From positions 2,131-66,130 of the forward strand of contig CAMBUO010000004.1 of the NCBI GenBank assembly GCA_945871105.1: DNA of 64,000 bases, written 5' to 3'. This document shows positions 20,896-32,103 of this stretch, piece after piece. The notes beneath the pieces were generated by a model that saw only the letters and a program-made list of their open reading frames with translations, was not told the origin of the DNA and made no database searches. Source of the DNA: an uncultured Clostridia bacterium. GTDB taxonomy: Bacteria > Bacillota_I > Bacilli_A > RF39 > UBA660. Numbering within the stretch: the stretch's first letter is position 1; every line of letters begins with the position of its first letter. Both the position numbers and the translations under genes were made by a program.

Positions 20896-21580
20896 CTACA
20901 TACTCACCTTCCTTATAATCTTTAAATAAATGTCCCTCTTTAAGAGCTATTACATGTTTTTTCATACTATTAACAATCGTTTTATCATGAGTAACCATAA
21001 TAACAGTAGTACCTTCTTTTTTATTAATAGTATCCAAAAGTTCAACTATTTCTTGACTCATCACCGGATCTAAATTACCAGTTGGTTCATCGCATATAAG
21101 TAATTTAGGTTCATTAACTATTGCTCTAGCTATAGCTACTCTTTGTTGTTCACCACCTGATAAATTATCAGGATAATCACGAAGTTTACTCTTTAAACCT
21201 ACTAATTCAATAGCTTTTAAAACTTTCGGACGAATTTCACTTTTTTTAACCCCAATTGCTTCTAATGCAAAAGCAACATTTTCATAAACATTAGCTTTGG
21301 GTAATAAACGATAGTCTTGAAAAACAATTCCTAACTTTCTTCTTAATTTGTATACCTTAGAATTTCTTAATTTATTAACTCTAATACCTCCAAGAATAAT
21401 TTCACCTTTAGTAGGTTTTTCCTCACGATATAGCATTTTAATTAAAGTACTTTTTCCCGAACCAGATCCACCTATAATAAAGCAAAAATCACCTTTTTCT
21501 ATACTTAAATTTAAATCATATATAGCAACAACACCATTTTTATATTGTTTAGTAACTCCATTAAATTTAATGAATTCCAT
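20882..21580 (-). CDS. ftsE: Cell division ATP-binding protein FtsE
   Basis: GGSGSGKST, VFQDYRLL, LSGGEQQRVAIARA, DEPTGNLDP. Confidence 0.94.
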   Translation of the reverse strand: MEFIKFNGVTKQYKNGVVAIYDLNLSIEKGDFCFIIGGSGSGKSTLIKMLYREEKPTKGEIILGGIRVNKLRNSKVYKLRRKLGIVFQDYRLLPKANVYENVAFALEAIGVKKSEIRPKVLKAIELVGLKSKLRDYPDNLSGGEQQRVAIARAIVNEPKLLICDEPTGNLDPVMSQEIVELLDTINKKEGTTVIMVTHDKTIVNSMKKHVIALKEGHLFKDYKEGEYVDEIL

Positions 21581-21654
21581 ATTTCACCGCCTAATCTTAC
21601 ATTATAATTATAACATGTTTTAATTAAATTTCAAAAAAATATTAAAAAAACTGA

Positions 21655-22191
21655 TCATTTTAAATCAGTTTTTTGTCCAGTTTGTAATGGTTGATTAGAT
21701 ATTTTTTGAGGAATTGGATTTGGTATTGGTTGTGGATTGATAACATTTGGTGCTTGATTTGGCATTGGTTGTGGATTAATAACATTTGGTGCTTGATTTG
21801 GGATAGGTATTGGAGTAGTTACTTGCTTAACATCATTTGGGATCGGCTTTGTAGTAACTTGACTGTTAATTGTTTGATTATTATTTATATTTGGTAGATT
21901 ATTAGTAGCTACTGGGTTAGAAAAAATATGCGAATTATTCACTTGTTGGATAGGTTGAGAAGTTTGCTTGGCACTTATTTCATTAATTTGATTGATATTT
22001 TTTATTAAATCATTTTTTTCTTTCTCTTCTTTTTTAGGTTGACTACTATTCAATTTAATTTCTACTTTAGCATATTTTTGTTTATATAAATATCCTATTA
22101 AAGCAAACATTAAAAAGAAACAAACAAAAGCATAAATAAAATAATGAACACTAACAATATTATCCCGAATATAGTATAAAATTATATCCAT
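21655..22191 (-). CDS. Hypothetical single-TM protein with Pro/Asn/Gln-rich tail
   Basis: One TM near the N-terminus and a low-complexity C-terminus. ATG 22191 follows AAGGAG. Confidence 0.65.
   Translation of the reverse strand: MDIILYYIRDNIVSVHYFIYAFVCFFLMFALIGYLYKQKYAKVEIKLNSSQPKKEEKEKNDLIKNINQINEISAKQTSQPIQQVNNSHIFSNPVATNNLPNINNNQTINSQVTTKPIPNDVKQVTTPIPIPNQAPNVINPQPMPNQAPNVINPQPIPNPIPQKISNQPLQTGQKTDLK
21727..21804. repeat. Two 39-bp coding tandem repeats
   Basis: TGGTTGTGGATT(G/A)ATAACATTTGGTGCTTGATTTGG(C/G)AT x2, encoding (I/M)PNQAPNVINPQP. Confidence 0.85.
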
Positions 22192-22209
22192 AACCCTCAC
22201 TCCTTTTTA

Positions 22210-23211
22210 TTAATCTTGTTTACTAAAGTATTCAGCTGTTCTTACCATTTGAGCAGAATAACCCATTTCATTATCATACCAAGCAATTATTTTAACAAGT
22301 TGTCCATCTTCTGTGTCTAAGACATCAGTTGATAATCCATCAACTACTGATCCATAATGACTAGAAATTACATCACTTGAAACAATTGGATCATAAGTTA
22401 TTTTAATAGTCTCATTTTGATTTTTTTCAAATAGTTTATTAATTTCTTCAATTGTTACTTTTTTATTTAATTTTAAAACTAAATCAACAACTGATCCTGT
22501 TGAAACAGGTACACGTAAAGCTATTCCTTTCATTTTTCCTTTTAAACTTGGAATAACATTACCAATAGCACTAGCAGCACCAGTTGATGTTGGTACAATA
22601 TTAGCAGCGCAAGCTCTTCCTCTTCTTGATTCTATTCCTTTTTTATGAGCAACATCTAAAGTTACTTGATCATTGGTATAAGCATGAACGGTTGTCATAT
22701 ATCCAGATGATATTCCGTATTCTTTTTCAATAATATTTAAAACCGGAGCTAAACAGTTAGTCGTACAACTAGCAGCTGATATTACATCCTCATCCCCAGT
22801 TAAAGTATCATGATTAACATTATAAACAATTGTTTTTACATCACCTTTACAAGGAGCTGAAACAATTACATGTTTAGCCCCAGCGTTAATATGTGCTAAA
22901 GCTTTTTCATAACTAGTAAAATGTCCTGTACATTCAAAAACAGTTTCAACACCAAGTTCATCCCATGGTAAATTATTAGGATCAGTTTCACTATAAACCC
23001 TTATTTTTTTACCATCTATAATAATATTTTCATCATCATAACTAATATCATCAATCTTATAATTACCATGATTAGTATCATATTTTAATAAATATGCAAG
23101 TTGTTTAGCATCTGTTAAATCATTAATTGCTACAACCTCTAAATCTGTGTTTTCCATTAAACGAAAAACTAATCTTCCTATTCTTCCAAAACCATTAATT
23201 GCTATTTTCAT
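22210..23211 (-). CDS. gap: Glyceraldehyde-3-phosphate dehydrogenase
   Basis: MKIAINGFGRIGR, ASCTTNCL, WYDNE. Start moved to ATG 23211. Confidence 0.97.
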   Translation of the reverse strand: MKIAINGFGRIGRLVFRLMENTDLEVVAINDLTDAKQLAYLLKYDTNHGNYKIDDISYDDENIIIDGKKIRVYSETDPNNLPWDELGVETVFECTGHFTSYEKALAHINAGAKHVIVSAPCKGDVKTIVYNVNHDTLTGDEDVISAASCTTNCLAPVLNIIEKEYGISSGYMTTVHAYTNDQVTLDVAHKKGIESRRGRACAANIVPTSTGAASAIGNVIPSLKGKMKGIALRVPVSTGSVVDLVLKLNKKVTIEEINKLFEKNQNETIKITYDPIVSSDVISSHYGSVVDGLSTDVLDTEDGQLVKIIAWYDNEMGYSAQMVRTAEYFSKQD

Positions 23212-23227
23212 CTTTTTTTCCTTTCTT

Positions 23228-24886
23228 TTATTTAAAATAACTTCCTCCAATAAATTCTCTTAAAATAGAATCATTTGGAACATGTTCACTTGGAACTGGT
23301 AAAAATATTTCTAAAAGTCTTATTAATCTTTTAGCATCTTCATAATAAGGACTATCCTTTTTAATTGTATAAAGAAGTGGTAGGGCATAAACTTTTAAAA
23401 CCGGAAATTCATAAACAAAACCAGTATTAATTGTTATATCAGCTTCATCTTGATTAGGAAAAATATACTTCTCTTCTCCTAATCTAACATTATCCCATAC
23501 TTCTAAAGTTTCACTAGGATCATATCCTCTTGTATAATAATCTCTTATCATACGCCTAATTAAACGATTATCCGTTGTTGAAATACGATTATCTTCATCA
23601 ATATTAATTTCCGTTAAAGCTGATAAATAAATCTTTAATTTTTTACTATTATCAATATTTTCTAAAATAGTAGGATTTAAACAATGAATACCTTCAATTA
23701 ATAAAATATCTTCTTTATTTAATTTCATTTTTTCTTTAAATTCTTTTTTACCAGTTATAAAATTAAACATTGGTAAATCAACTTCTTCACCTTTTAATAG
23801 TTTATCCATTGTTGTATTAAATAATTCATGATCAATTGCTTCTAAACATTCAAAGTCATATTGACCAAATTCATTTTTAGGTGTATCTTCTCTTTCAACA
23901 AAGAAATCATCCATTGATATAACTTTCGGTTTTAAACCAAAACTACCTAAATACATAGCTAATTTCTTAGTAGTTGTTGTCTTTCCACTTGAAGATGGTC
24001 CAGATATAAGAATAATTTTAACTTTTTTAGAATTAGATATCTCTTTAGCTAAATTTAATAATTTATTAGTATATAAAGACTCAGTTATTTTAATTAAATC
24101 ACCTATTTTACCTTCAACTATTTTATTATTTAAATCAACTGATGTTTCTAAATTCATTAATTTACATATTTCTTTAGAATCATTAAAAACTTCAAATAAC
24201 TTAGCATGATGTTTATATCTTGGTATTTCTCCTTCACTGTAAATGGTTGGATATCTTAAGATAAAGCCATCTTCATTTAAATAAGTTAATTTAAATTCAT
24301 CTAAACAAGAAGTTTCACTTGGCATCAGACTAAACATATAATTATAACTATTACCCATACGATATAAATTAACATAAGTATTAGTCATATATTCTAAAAG
24401 ACCTGCTTTTTTAACATCTCCTGTTTCTTTAAAATAATTAATAGCATCATCTCTTAAAATAGTTACTTTATGAATTTTTAAATTATTTTTAACTATTTCA
24501 TTCATCTTACATTCAAGATCTTGTAACATTTCTCTTGTTAAATGACAAGTTGATTCCATATATAAACCTTTATCAGCTGAGTGTTTCGTATTCAAATAAC
24601 CTTTATTACCAAATAACTCTTTAAAACAATAATTAGTTAAATAAACCAAACCATTTAAATAAACTCGATTAGCAAACTTATCAGATAAATCAAAAAACTC
24701 AATATGACAAGTTTTATTAATCGTATCATTTAATTCATGATATTCTCCATCTACTTTAGCAATTATTATCTTATGTAAATACATATTATCATACATCTTA
24801 CTAAGTTCTAATAAAGATATTCCCTTTTTAATAGTAATTTCTTTTAAATCAACATATACTTTGATATTTTCTAGCAAACTAAACAC
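23228..24886 (-). CDS. Nucleoside (uridine) kinase family protein with ThrRS-like N-terminal region
   Basis: N-terminal TGS/ThrRS-like region; P-loop SGPSSSGKTT, SMDDFF, IEGIH, SILREFIG. Confidence 0.82.
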   Translation of the reverse strand: MFSLLENIKVYVDLKEITIKKGISLLELSKMYDNMYLHKIIIAKVDGEYHELNDTINKTCHIEFFDLSDKFANRVYLNGLVYLTNYCFKELFGNKGYLNTKHSADKGLYMESTCHLTREMLQDLECKMNEIVKNNLKIHKVTILRDDAINYFKETGDVKKAGLLEYMTNTYVNLYRMGNSYNYMFSLMPSETSCLDEFKLTYLNEDGFILRYPTIYSEGEIPRYKHHAKLFEVFNDSKEICKLMNLETSVDLNNKIVEGKIGDLIKITESLYTNKLLNLAKEISNSKKVKIILISGPSSSGKTTTTKKLAMYLGSFGLKPKVISMDDFFVEREDTPKNEFGQYDFECLEAIDHELFNTTMDKLLKGEEVDLPMFNFITGKKEFKEKMKLNKEDILLIEGIHCLNPTILENIDNSKKLKIYLSALTEINIDEDNRISTTDNRLIRRMIRDYYTRGYDPSETLEVWDNVRLGEEKYIFPNQDEADITINTGFVYEFPVLKVYALPLLYTIKKDSPYYEDAKRLIRLLEIFLPVPSEHVPNDSILREFIGGSYFK

Positions 24887-25008
24887 CTCTCTATTCTGAT
24901 TAAATTATAACATAAAGTTTGCTATTTGTATTTATTTTTATTATTTTTAAGTCTAATAAATGTAAAATATTATAAAAAATGCTATAATAATTTATAGTAG
25001 GAGAAATT

Positions 25009-26106
25009 ATGAAAATAAAAAAAGAAACAAATACTTTAAAAAATCTTTATGATCGAAAGAAAAATATTTTTACCTTAATATCCTTCATTATGTCAATTAT
25101 CATTATTTATGGACATTCCTATGTATTATACTTTGGAGCTAATACTTTAAAAATAGATATTTTTTCATACTTATTAAAATATCCTATAGGTGAAATAGTT
25201 GTTGATATTTTTTTAATTTATTCAGGATTTAATATCATAAGTAGTCTTCTAAGAAGTGATTCTTATATAAAATTTTTCTTAAAAAGGATTCTTAAAATAA
25301 TACCTGAATTACTAATTAGTTTATTAGTTGCTGCATTTATTATTACACCTATAGTCTTAAAAATTCCTTTTTTAACTTATTTAAAAACTCCTAGTTATTA
25401 TTTTAAATATATATTTGATAATATTATTTTAATAAAACCAACTATCTATTCTATTTCTAATGTTTTTAATAATTTACCTTATCCAAATGTTTTAAATGGT
25501 TCTATTTGGACTATTAAACATATATTTGCTTGTTATTTAATAATTGCCTTTTTAAAAAAAATAAAATTTTTAGATAAAAGAAAAAATATCTTAATATTAA
25601 CTATTATCTTTTTAATTACTAATATTTTTATTAATACAGGTATATTAAATTCCTATTTAAATATTATTAGTACTAAATTATCTTTTATAGGTATTTTAGG
25701 AGAATTTACATGGTTTATTAGATTACTATACTTTTTCTTAACTGGAGTTTGCTTAAATTTATATCAAGATAAAATTAAAGTTAACATTTATATAATTATT
25801 AGTATTCTATTAATGTTAACATTAGCAAGATTTAGTAATTTAACTTCTTATAGTCTTCTTTTATTTCTACCTTATTTAAGTATTATTTTAGGATCAATTA
25901 AACTTAATTTAAAACAAATCGATATTTCTTATACAATCTATGTCTTTGGTTTTTTAATTCAACAATTTATAATGTTTCTATTTCCAAAAATAAATTTCTT
26001 TCTTTTTAATATATTAGCTATTTTCATAACTATACTTATAAGTTATATAAATTATTTATTAATAGATAAATCAATTATAAAACTTAGAAAAAAATTAAAC
26101 TTATAA
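25009..26106 (+). CDS. Acyltransferase-3 (OafA-like) membrane protein
   Basis: IIYGHSY, VDIFLIYSG, KRILKIIP, NGSIWTI, DISYTIY; about ten TMs. Confidence 0.8.
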   Translation: MKIKKETNTLKNLYDRKKNIFTLISFIMSIIIIYGHSYVLYFGANTLKIDIFSYLLKYPIGEIVVDIFLIYSGFNIISSLLRSDSYIKFFLKRILKIIPELLISLLVAAFIITPIVLKIPFLTYLKTPSYYFKYIFDNIILIKPTIYSISNVFNNLPYPNVLNGSIWTIKHIFACYLIIAFLKKIKFLDKRKNILILTIIFLITNIFINTGILNSYLNIISTKLSFIGILGEFTWFIRLLYFFLTGVCLNLYQDKIKVNIYIIISILLMLTLARFSNLTSYSLLLFLPYLSIILGSIKLNLKQIDISYTIYVFGFLIQQFIMFLFPKINFFLFNILAIFITILISYINYLLIDKSIIKLRKKLNL

Positions 26107-26154
26107 GTATAATTTTTTTTATTTTACATACTTTAAAATAGAGAAAGGAATATT

Positions 26155-26736
26155 ATGAATTTAATCCCTGTAATTGTAGATAAAGAAAATAGTGGTGAAC
26201 GTAGTTATGATATTTTTTCAAGACTTTTAAAAGATAGAATTATATTATTATCAGGTGAAATAGATGATAATTTAGCTAATATTATTGTTAGTGAACTTTT
26301 ATATTTAGATTCTTTAAATCATGATGATATTAGCTTATATATTAATTCTCCGGGTGGATCAATTACTTCAGGCATGGCTATTATGGATACTATGAACTTT
26401 ATTAAAAGTGATGTTTCTACTATTTGTTTAGGTATGGCGGCATCTATGGGAGCTTTTCTTCTTTCGTGTGGTGCTAAGGGGAAAAGATATATTTTACCAA
26501 ATGCTGAAGTTATGATTCATCAACCCTTAGGTGGTGTTGAAGGTCAAGCAACAGAGATTAAAATTGTTGCTGAAAGAATCTTAAAATTAAAAGAAAAATT
26601 AAATAAAATTCTAGCTGAAAATACAGGTAAAGATTTAAAAACTATTACCAATGATACTGAAAGAGATTATTTTTTAGATAGTAAAGAAGCTTTAAAATAT
26701 GGAATAGTTGATAAAATATTAAAAAAAGGTGATTAA
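26155..26736 (+). CDS. clpP: ATP-dependent Clp protease proteolytic subunit
   Basis: [21 protein letters not shown]. Confidence 0.97.
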   Translation: MNLIPVIVDKENSGERSYDIFSRLLKDRIILLSGEIDDNLANIIVSELLYLDSLNHDDISLYINSPGGSITSGMAIMDTMNFIKSDVSTICLGMAASMGAFLLSCGAKGKRYILPNAEVMIHQPLGGVEGQATEIKIVAERILKLKEKLNKILAENTGKDLKTITNDTERDYFLDSKEALKYGIVDKILKKGD

Positions 26737-28280
26737 GGCACCTTTTTTTTAATTTTAATTCCTGGAATATTTGTTTCATCATGAAACTTATATATATTAC
26801 TAGCAAATAATTCTTCTATTTCTCTTTTAGTAATTTCTTTTAAAATAGGAAAATCATAAACAAAATATAAATTATCACTATATTCAATATTTTTAGTATT
26901 AAATACTATGATAATAATAGGTTTTGGACTTTCTAAATCATTTTCTATTTTTTGAATTGTTACTAATTTACAAATTTGATCATTACCTAATACTAACCAT
27001 TTCATACGATAAAAATAAGCTAAAGCATCAATTATTTCTAACTTTAAATTTTTAATTTTATTCATAATTAAACTTAACTTTTCATAAATATCAATTGGAT
27101 AATAATCCGGTTCTTCTTTATCATATATCATTACATAACATTTTTTTAAATGTTTTAAAAATTTTGTTTTCGTTTGAATATTTTTATTTAAACAAGTAAA
27201 TCCATCAATATTAGCATTTATCTTAACACTAGTTAAATCACTTTCAAAAACTGATAAAACAGCATCAACTTTAATTATATATTCTTTATAACGAAAAGTT
27301 AAATAACTGTGATTTCTACCATATTCATTTCCTCTTTGATGAATTTTGTAATTAATACCAAATTTTCTTAAAATATATGCAAATATACAAGTAAATTCAT
27401 AACAAACTATTCTATTATTAGTTAATGATATAGTTGGTAAATTATTTATATCTGAATGCTTTGAAGCTGATTTACCTAATTTATTAGTAAGATAACTTGG
27501 ATCATATGTAAACATTCTACACATTTTAATATAAACACTCATTAAAAATTCTAAAAGATTAATTCCTTCTTCATAATCACTTAATAATTCATTTTCTAAA
27601 TTAGAATTTAAAACGACAACATCTTTATAATTATCATCTATATTCAAATATGTATTAATACTTTCATAATCTATATATTCCATATTTTTAATTTTTTTTA
27701 TTCTCGAAATAATTGAAGCTGGAAATAAATATTTTTCTAATATTTTCCCTTCTTCTAAATATTTTATTAAGCCATAAAAAAAATATCTTTTTTTAATAGA
27801 ATAAACAGAAGTTTTTAAATAAATAATTTCTTTAAACTTTTTATCATCTAAAAACAAAATATCAAAATAATTACTAATAGGAATAGAAAAATTTTTATAA
27901 TCTGCTTGAAATACATGAATTTGATTAGCAAAAGAAAAATTTTCAATGGAAATCAAATTATATATATAATTAATTTTATTTTTATTCTTTCTATTTAAAA
28001 CAATTATACCTTGATTAATTAATTTTAAAATAGCTTTAACAATAATAACTTTATTATATATAAGATGATTAGGATTTTGATTAGAAAGATAAAAATCTAT
28101 ATTTGTTTCTTCATTATTTTTTAAACATTTAACAAATTGTCTAAAACATTCATTATTTTCTAAAACAGTTAAAATCAAATCAATATTTATCGTAATTCTA
28201 TTATTAGAAAAATCTTCTAAACTAATAGTTTTTTTAGAAAAATTAACTAATTTATTATTTAAATTTATACAATTGGTCAT
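26733..28280 (-). CDS. Hypothetical protein with transglutaminase-like Cys-His-Asp region
   Basis: FTYD...[19 protein letters not shown]...HSYL...IKVD spacing resembles the transglutaminase-like core. Confidence 0.55.
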   Translation of the reverse strand: MTNCINLNNKLVNFSKKTISLEDFSNNRITINIDLILTVLENNECFRQFVKCLKNNEETNIDFYLSNQNPNHLIYNKVIIVKAILKLINQGIIVLNRKNKNKINYIYNLISIENFSFANQIHVFQADYKNFSIPISNYFDILFLDDKKFKEIIYLKTSVYSIKKRYFFYGLIKYLEEGKILEKYLFPASIISRIKKIKNMEYIDYESINTYLNIDDNYKDVVVLNSNLENELLSDYEEGINLLEFLMSVYIKMCRMFTYDPSYLTNKLGKSASKHSDINNLPTISLTNNRIVCYEFTCIFAYILRKFGINYKIHQRGNEYGRNHSYLTFRYKEYIIKVDAVLSVFESDLTSVKINANIDGFTCLNKNIQTKTKFLKHLKKCYVMIYDKEEPDYYPIDIYEKLSLIMNKIKNLKLEIIDALAYFYRMKWLVLGNDQICKLVTIQKIENDLESPKPIIIIVFNTKNIEYSDNLYFVYDFPILKEITKREIEELFASNIYKFHDETNIPGIKIKKKVP

Positions 28281-28374
28281 AATTCACCCCAAATAATGCT
28301 TGCTATTATAACATATTTACTTAATAATATCTACAATTATAGTTAATTTTTTACTTACAAAAAAATTTTTAAAA

Positions 28375-28438
28375 TGCTATAATTAAAATGAAACGTGTAG
28401 CTATAAATGGCGTAAGTCCTGTTTATAGCTATTTTTTT
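28375..28438 (+). promoter_or_regulatory. Extended -10 promoter followed by a leader terminator upstream of the CarD-like gene
   Basis: TGcTATAAT at 28375-28383; 13-bp stem 28398-28431 (two G-U pairs) plus T7 immediately before AGGAGG. Confidence 0.65.
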
Positions 28439-28449
28439 AGGAGGAAATT

Positions 28450-28947
28450 ATGTTTAAATTAAATGATTATCTAGTTTATCAAAAAAATATATATCAAATA
28501 ATAGGTATTAAATATAAATATTTAAATAATCAAGATTACTATATTTTAAATTCTGTTATTGATCCATCTTTAACTATAAAATTACCTTGTAATAATAATT
28601 CAATAAGACATATTATTAATAAAGATGAAGTAAAGGAAATTATTAAAAAAATACCCAAAATAGGTATTATAAAACTAGATGATAAATTACTAGAAATAGA
28701 ATATAAAAAATTATTAAATGGTTCTTTAGAAGATTTAATTAAAATTATTAAAACAACATATTTAAAGAATAAAGAAAGATTAGATGCTAAAAAGAAAATA
28801 AGTGATAAAGATAAAACTTATTTTGATAAAGCTGAATTACTTCTATATACAGAATGTGGATTAGCTTTAAATATGAATTTTGAAGATACTAAAAATTATA
28901 TTATTAAACAAATAGAAATACAAAATAGTAAAAAAGAAATTAAATAA
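28450..28947 (+). CDS. CarD family transcriptional regulator
   Basis: MFKLNDYLVY...YYIL...IKLP...IRHII and C-terminal KAELLLYTECGLAL, typical of Firmicute CarD-like proteins. Confidence 0.78.
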   Translation: MFKLNDYLVYQKNIYQIIGIKYKYLNNQDYYILNSVIDPSLTIKLPCNNNSIRHIINKDEVKEIIKKIPKIGIIKLDDKLLEIEYKKLLNGSLEDLIKIIKTTYLKNKERLDAKKKISDKDKTYFDKAELLLYTECGLALNMNFEDTKNYIIKQIEIQNSKKEIK

Positions 28948-28950
28948 TAA

Positions 28951-29880
28951 TCATTCAGAATTTCTTAAATTGTTTGCTATTTCTTTTAATTTACGAAAAC
29001 GATGATTTAAACCTGATTTAGTAATCATTTTATTGGTTTCTAAAGACATAATTTCACTTAATTCTTGTAAAGAAGATTCAGGGTATTTTAATCTATAAGT
29101 AATAGCTTCTTCTAGTTTATTATCTAGAGCATCGATTCCTAGTTTATCTATAATTAAATTAATATCTTCTATTTGTTTTGATGATGTTAAAATACTTTTT
29201 TCAATATTAGCTTGTTCACAATTATTAAGACGATTAGTCATATTTTTATGATCACGATAAATTCTAATATCTTCATAATACATAACTGCTTGACTAGCAT
29301 TAATAATTCTTAAAAAATCACCTATCTTTTCAGCTTCTTTTATATATACCATATATCCTTTATCACGATTAATAATTTTACTATTTAAATAAAACTCGTT
29401 TAATAAATTAGAAATAAATTTAGCTTCTTCTAAATAATCAATAAAAAATTCCAAGTGATACATCGAAGTTTTAGGATCATTAATACTACCTGTTCTTAAA
29501 AATACTCCTTTTAAATAAGCTCTTTTTTCATCTTCACATTCTGTTATATAAGATTCTGGAATATCTAAATAATTATTGTTTTGATCTAATAAAGCTAAAT
29601 CTTGAAAAATAACATTTTCTTTTTCAGGAATAATTAAAGTATATAAACGATTTTTACTAAATTTAGTTTTTTTATACTCAGTTTTAATATTTATATTATA
29701 TAATTCTTTAAAAAGAGTATAGATATGTTTACAAACAGTTGAATTTTCAGTTACTAAATCTAAAGTATTATTATTTCTATTATAAGAATTACGAAGAATA
29801 GCCGATAATTCAGCTTGATTTGCTGTTTGATTACTTATTTCTTGACTAATTTCATTTTTAACATTAGTAGTAAAAGACAT
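28951..29880 (-). CDS. whiA: DNA-binding protein WhiA
   Basis: MSFTTNVKNE, GSINDP...YHLEF, NRLNNCEQANIEK, KSGLNHRFRKL. Confidence 0.95.
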   Translation of the reverse strand: MSFTTNVKNEISQEISNQTANQAELSAILRNSYNRNNNTLDLVTENSTVCKHIYTLFKELYNINIKTEYKKTKFSKNRLYTLIIPEKENVIFQDLALLDQNNNYLDIPESYITECEDEKRAYLKGVFLRTGSINDPKTSMYHLEFFIDYLEEAKFISNLLNEFYLNSKIINRDKGYMVYIKEAEKIGDFLRIINASQAVMYYEDIRIYRDHKNMTNRLNNCEQANIEKSILTSSKQIEDINLIIDKLGIDALDNKLEEAITYRLKYPESSLQELSEIMSLETNKMITKSGLNHRFRKLKEIANNLRNSE

Positions 29881-29888
29881 TGTATCAC

Positions 29889-30794
29889 CTACTTTTTATT
29901 TAAATTTTTAATAATATTTGTAGCTGCTATCATTCCTTCACTAGCAGCATTTACTAATTGATATAAATCTTTCTTAATAACATCTCCAACAGCATAAATA
30001 GTTTCAATATTAGTTTGCATATTATTATCTACTTTAATATAATTTTTATCAAGTTCTAATTTTAAATTACCAAAGATATTAGGTGTGCTTCCAATATAGA
30101 CAAATACTCCTGATACAGGTAATTCTTTTATTTTTTGATCTTGTTCATAAGTAATACCTGTTAAATAATTATTATCTTTTTCTAAAGATTTAATAAAACT
30201 ATGATATAAAACTTGAATATTATTCTTTTTTTCTATTTCTTTAACTATGTCTTCTTTACATTTAAAATAATCATATTTATTAATAATTGTTACACGAGAA
30301 CAAATATTAGCAAGATATAAAGCTTCTTTTAAAGCGGATTCTCCAGCACCTATAACTGCAACTTCTTTATCTTTATAAAAATTAGCATCACATAAAGCAC
30401 AGTAACTAATTCCTTTGCCAACAAGTTCATCTTCATGTTCTAAATTCAATTTACGAGGTTCTTTACCCGTTGCTAAGATTAAATATTTACATGATAGTTC
30501 TTGATCTTTTAAAATAACTTTATTACTATTTTTTAAATGTTTAATATTTAAAACTGTATCAAGTAAAATTTCTACATTCATGCTTTTTACTTGACTATAA
30601 AGATTATAAGCAAGATCTGGTCCACTTATACCTGGTAAACCGGGATAATTTTTAATTGTACTTATTTTATTTAATATTCCCCCTGGAGCACTTTTTTCAA
30701 TTAATAAAACATCTTTATTAGCTTGTTTCAAATAAATTGCAGCTGTTATTCCTGCTATTCCTCCACCTATTATTATACAATCATATTTTTTCAT
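29889..30794 (-). CDS. trxB: Thioredoxin reductase
   Basis: IIGGGIAG, NYPG, GISYCALCD, GDV. Start moved to ATG 30794. Confidence 0.88.
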   Translation of the reverse strand: MKKYDCIIIGGGIAGITAAIYLKQANKDVLLIEKSAPGGILNKISTIKNYPGLPGISGPDLAYNLYSQVKSMNVEILLDTVLNIKHLKNSNKVILKDQELSCKYLILATGKEPRKLNLEHEDELVGKGISYCALCDANFYKDKEVAVIGAGESALKEALYLANICSRVTIINKYDYFKCKEDIVKEIEKKNNIQVLYHSFIKSLEKDNNYLTGITYEQDQKIKELPVSGVFVYIGSTPNIFGNLKLELDKNYIKVDNNMQTNIETIYAVGDVIKKDLYQLVNAASEGMIAATNIIKNLNKK

Positions 30795-30795
30795 T

Positions 30796-31593
30796 TTAAT
30801 TTCCTTTCTCATTGTAATTACTAGCTTTTTTAAACGAAATAATAAAAATAATTATTCCCGTAATTAACAAAATAATTGATATAACTTGAGCCATTTTTAA
30901 AGAACCTAACATTAAACTATCTGTTCGCATTGATTCAATAAAAAATCTTACTATCGAATACCATATTAAGTAGATAGAAAATAGCATACCTGTTTTTAAT
31001 TTTTTATTTTTTCTAACTACTAATAATATAACTAATCCTATTAAATTTAAAATTGATTCATAGAAGAAAGTAGGATGATAATAAACTCCATCTATATACA
31101 TACCATTTATAATAAATTCAGGTAAATGTAATTTTTCTAAAAATAATCTTGTTGTTACTCCTCCGTGCGCTTCTGAGTTAAAAAAATTCCCCCAACGACC
31201 AATTATTTGTCCAAGAATAAGTCCAAAGGTACAAGTATCAATATATTTAATAACTTCTTCGATCTTTTTTTGATGTTTAAAACTATAAATAAAAATAGTT
31301 ATTAATCCTGCAACAATAGCTCCATGAATAGCAAGTCCACCATTCCAAACGGCTAATATTTCATAAGGATTAGCAAGATAATAATCTAAATTAAATAAGA
31401 CATAATAAAGTCTTGCTCCTAGAAAGCCAAAAAGAATAACATAAAAAAGCATATTAAAAAAGTATTCTTTATCTAATTTTAATCTTTTTATTTCGAAATA
31501 AGTTAAAATAGAACCTAAAGCTACACCTAAAAACATTGTAATTGAATACCAATATATTTGAATAAATCCTAAATCAATAGCTACTCGATTCAT
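30796..31593 (-). CDS. lgt: Prolipoprotein diacylglyceryl transferase
   Basis: GARLYYV, GGLAIHG, GRWGNFFNSEAHG, HPTFFYES. Confidence 0.96.
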   Translation of the reverse strand: MNRVAIDLGFIQIYWYSITMFLGVALGSILTYFEIKRLKLDKEYFFNMLFYVILFGFLGARLYYVLFNLDYYLANPYEILAVWNGGLAIHGAIVAGLITIFIYSFKHQKKIEEVIKYIDTCTFGLILGQIIGRWGNFFNSEAHGGVTTRLFLEKLHLPEFIINGMYIDGVYYHPTFFYESILNLIGLVILLVVRKNKKLKTGMLFSIYLIWYSIVRFFIESMRTDSLMLGSLKMAQVISIILLITGIIIFIISFKKASNYNEKGN

Positions 31594-31663
31594 AAAATCA
31601 CCAATATTAGTATATAGTTTTTTAAGGTTAATTACAATAAAAAAAGTAGTATTTAACTACTCT

Positions 31664-32005
31664 TTACATTGTTTTATTACTATATAAATTTTTAAATTCT
31701 TCAATACTATTTATTGTATAATCATATAGTTTTTTCTTAATAAAATAAATTTTTGTTTCATCAAGTTCCATAGGATTCTTTACTAATAATATTAAATTAG
31801 CAATATTAAGTTCATCTACCAAAGAACTATTTATTTCAATATTTTCTAAAGAATCAATATTTTCTATATAGTTATTAATTATTTTTTGTAATTCTAATCC
31901 TTTATCAAAAAATTCTCCAAATATAATAGTTCCAAGTTCTAATAGTTTAATTAAATTATTAAATTTCAAAACTTTTACTAATGATGATTCATCAAAATTT
32001 TTCAT
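31664..32005 (-). CDS. Hypothetical protein
   Basis: 113-aa ORF with AGGGGGG RBS; no recognisable motif. Confidence 0.55.
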   Translation of the reverse strand: MKNFDESSLVKVLKFNNLIKLLELGTIIFGEFFDKGLELQKIINNYIENIDSLENIEINSSLVDELNIANLILLVKNPMELDETKIYFIKKKLYDYTINSIEEFKNLYSNKTM

Positions 32006-32103
32006 AATACCCCCCTAAAAAATAATTTTCATGACTTATTATAACAAATATGACATTTTAGTCAAGTACATATGACAATTCTTTAAAAAAATAATATAAT
32101 TAA

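Noticed and set aside
28388-28411. uORF start MKRVAING resembling the GAPDH N-terminus
   Set aside because: Similarity stops after eight residues, before FGRIG; treated as coincidence.
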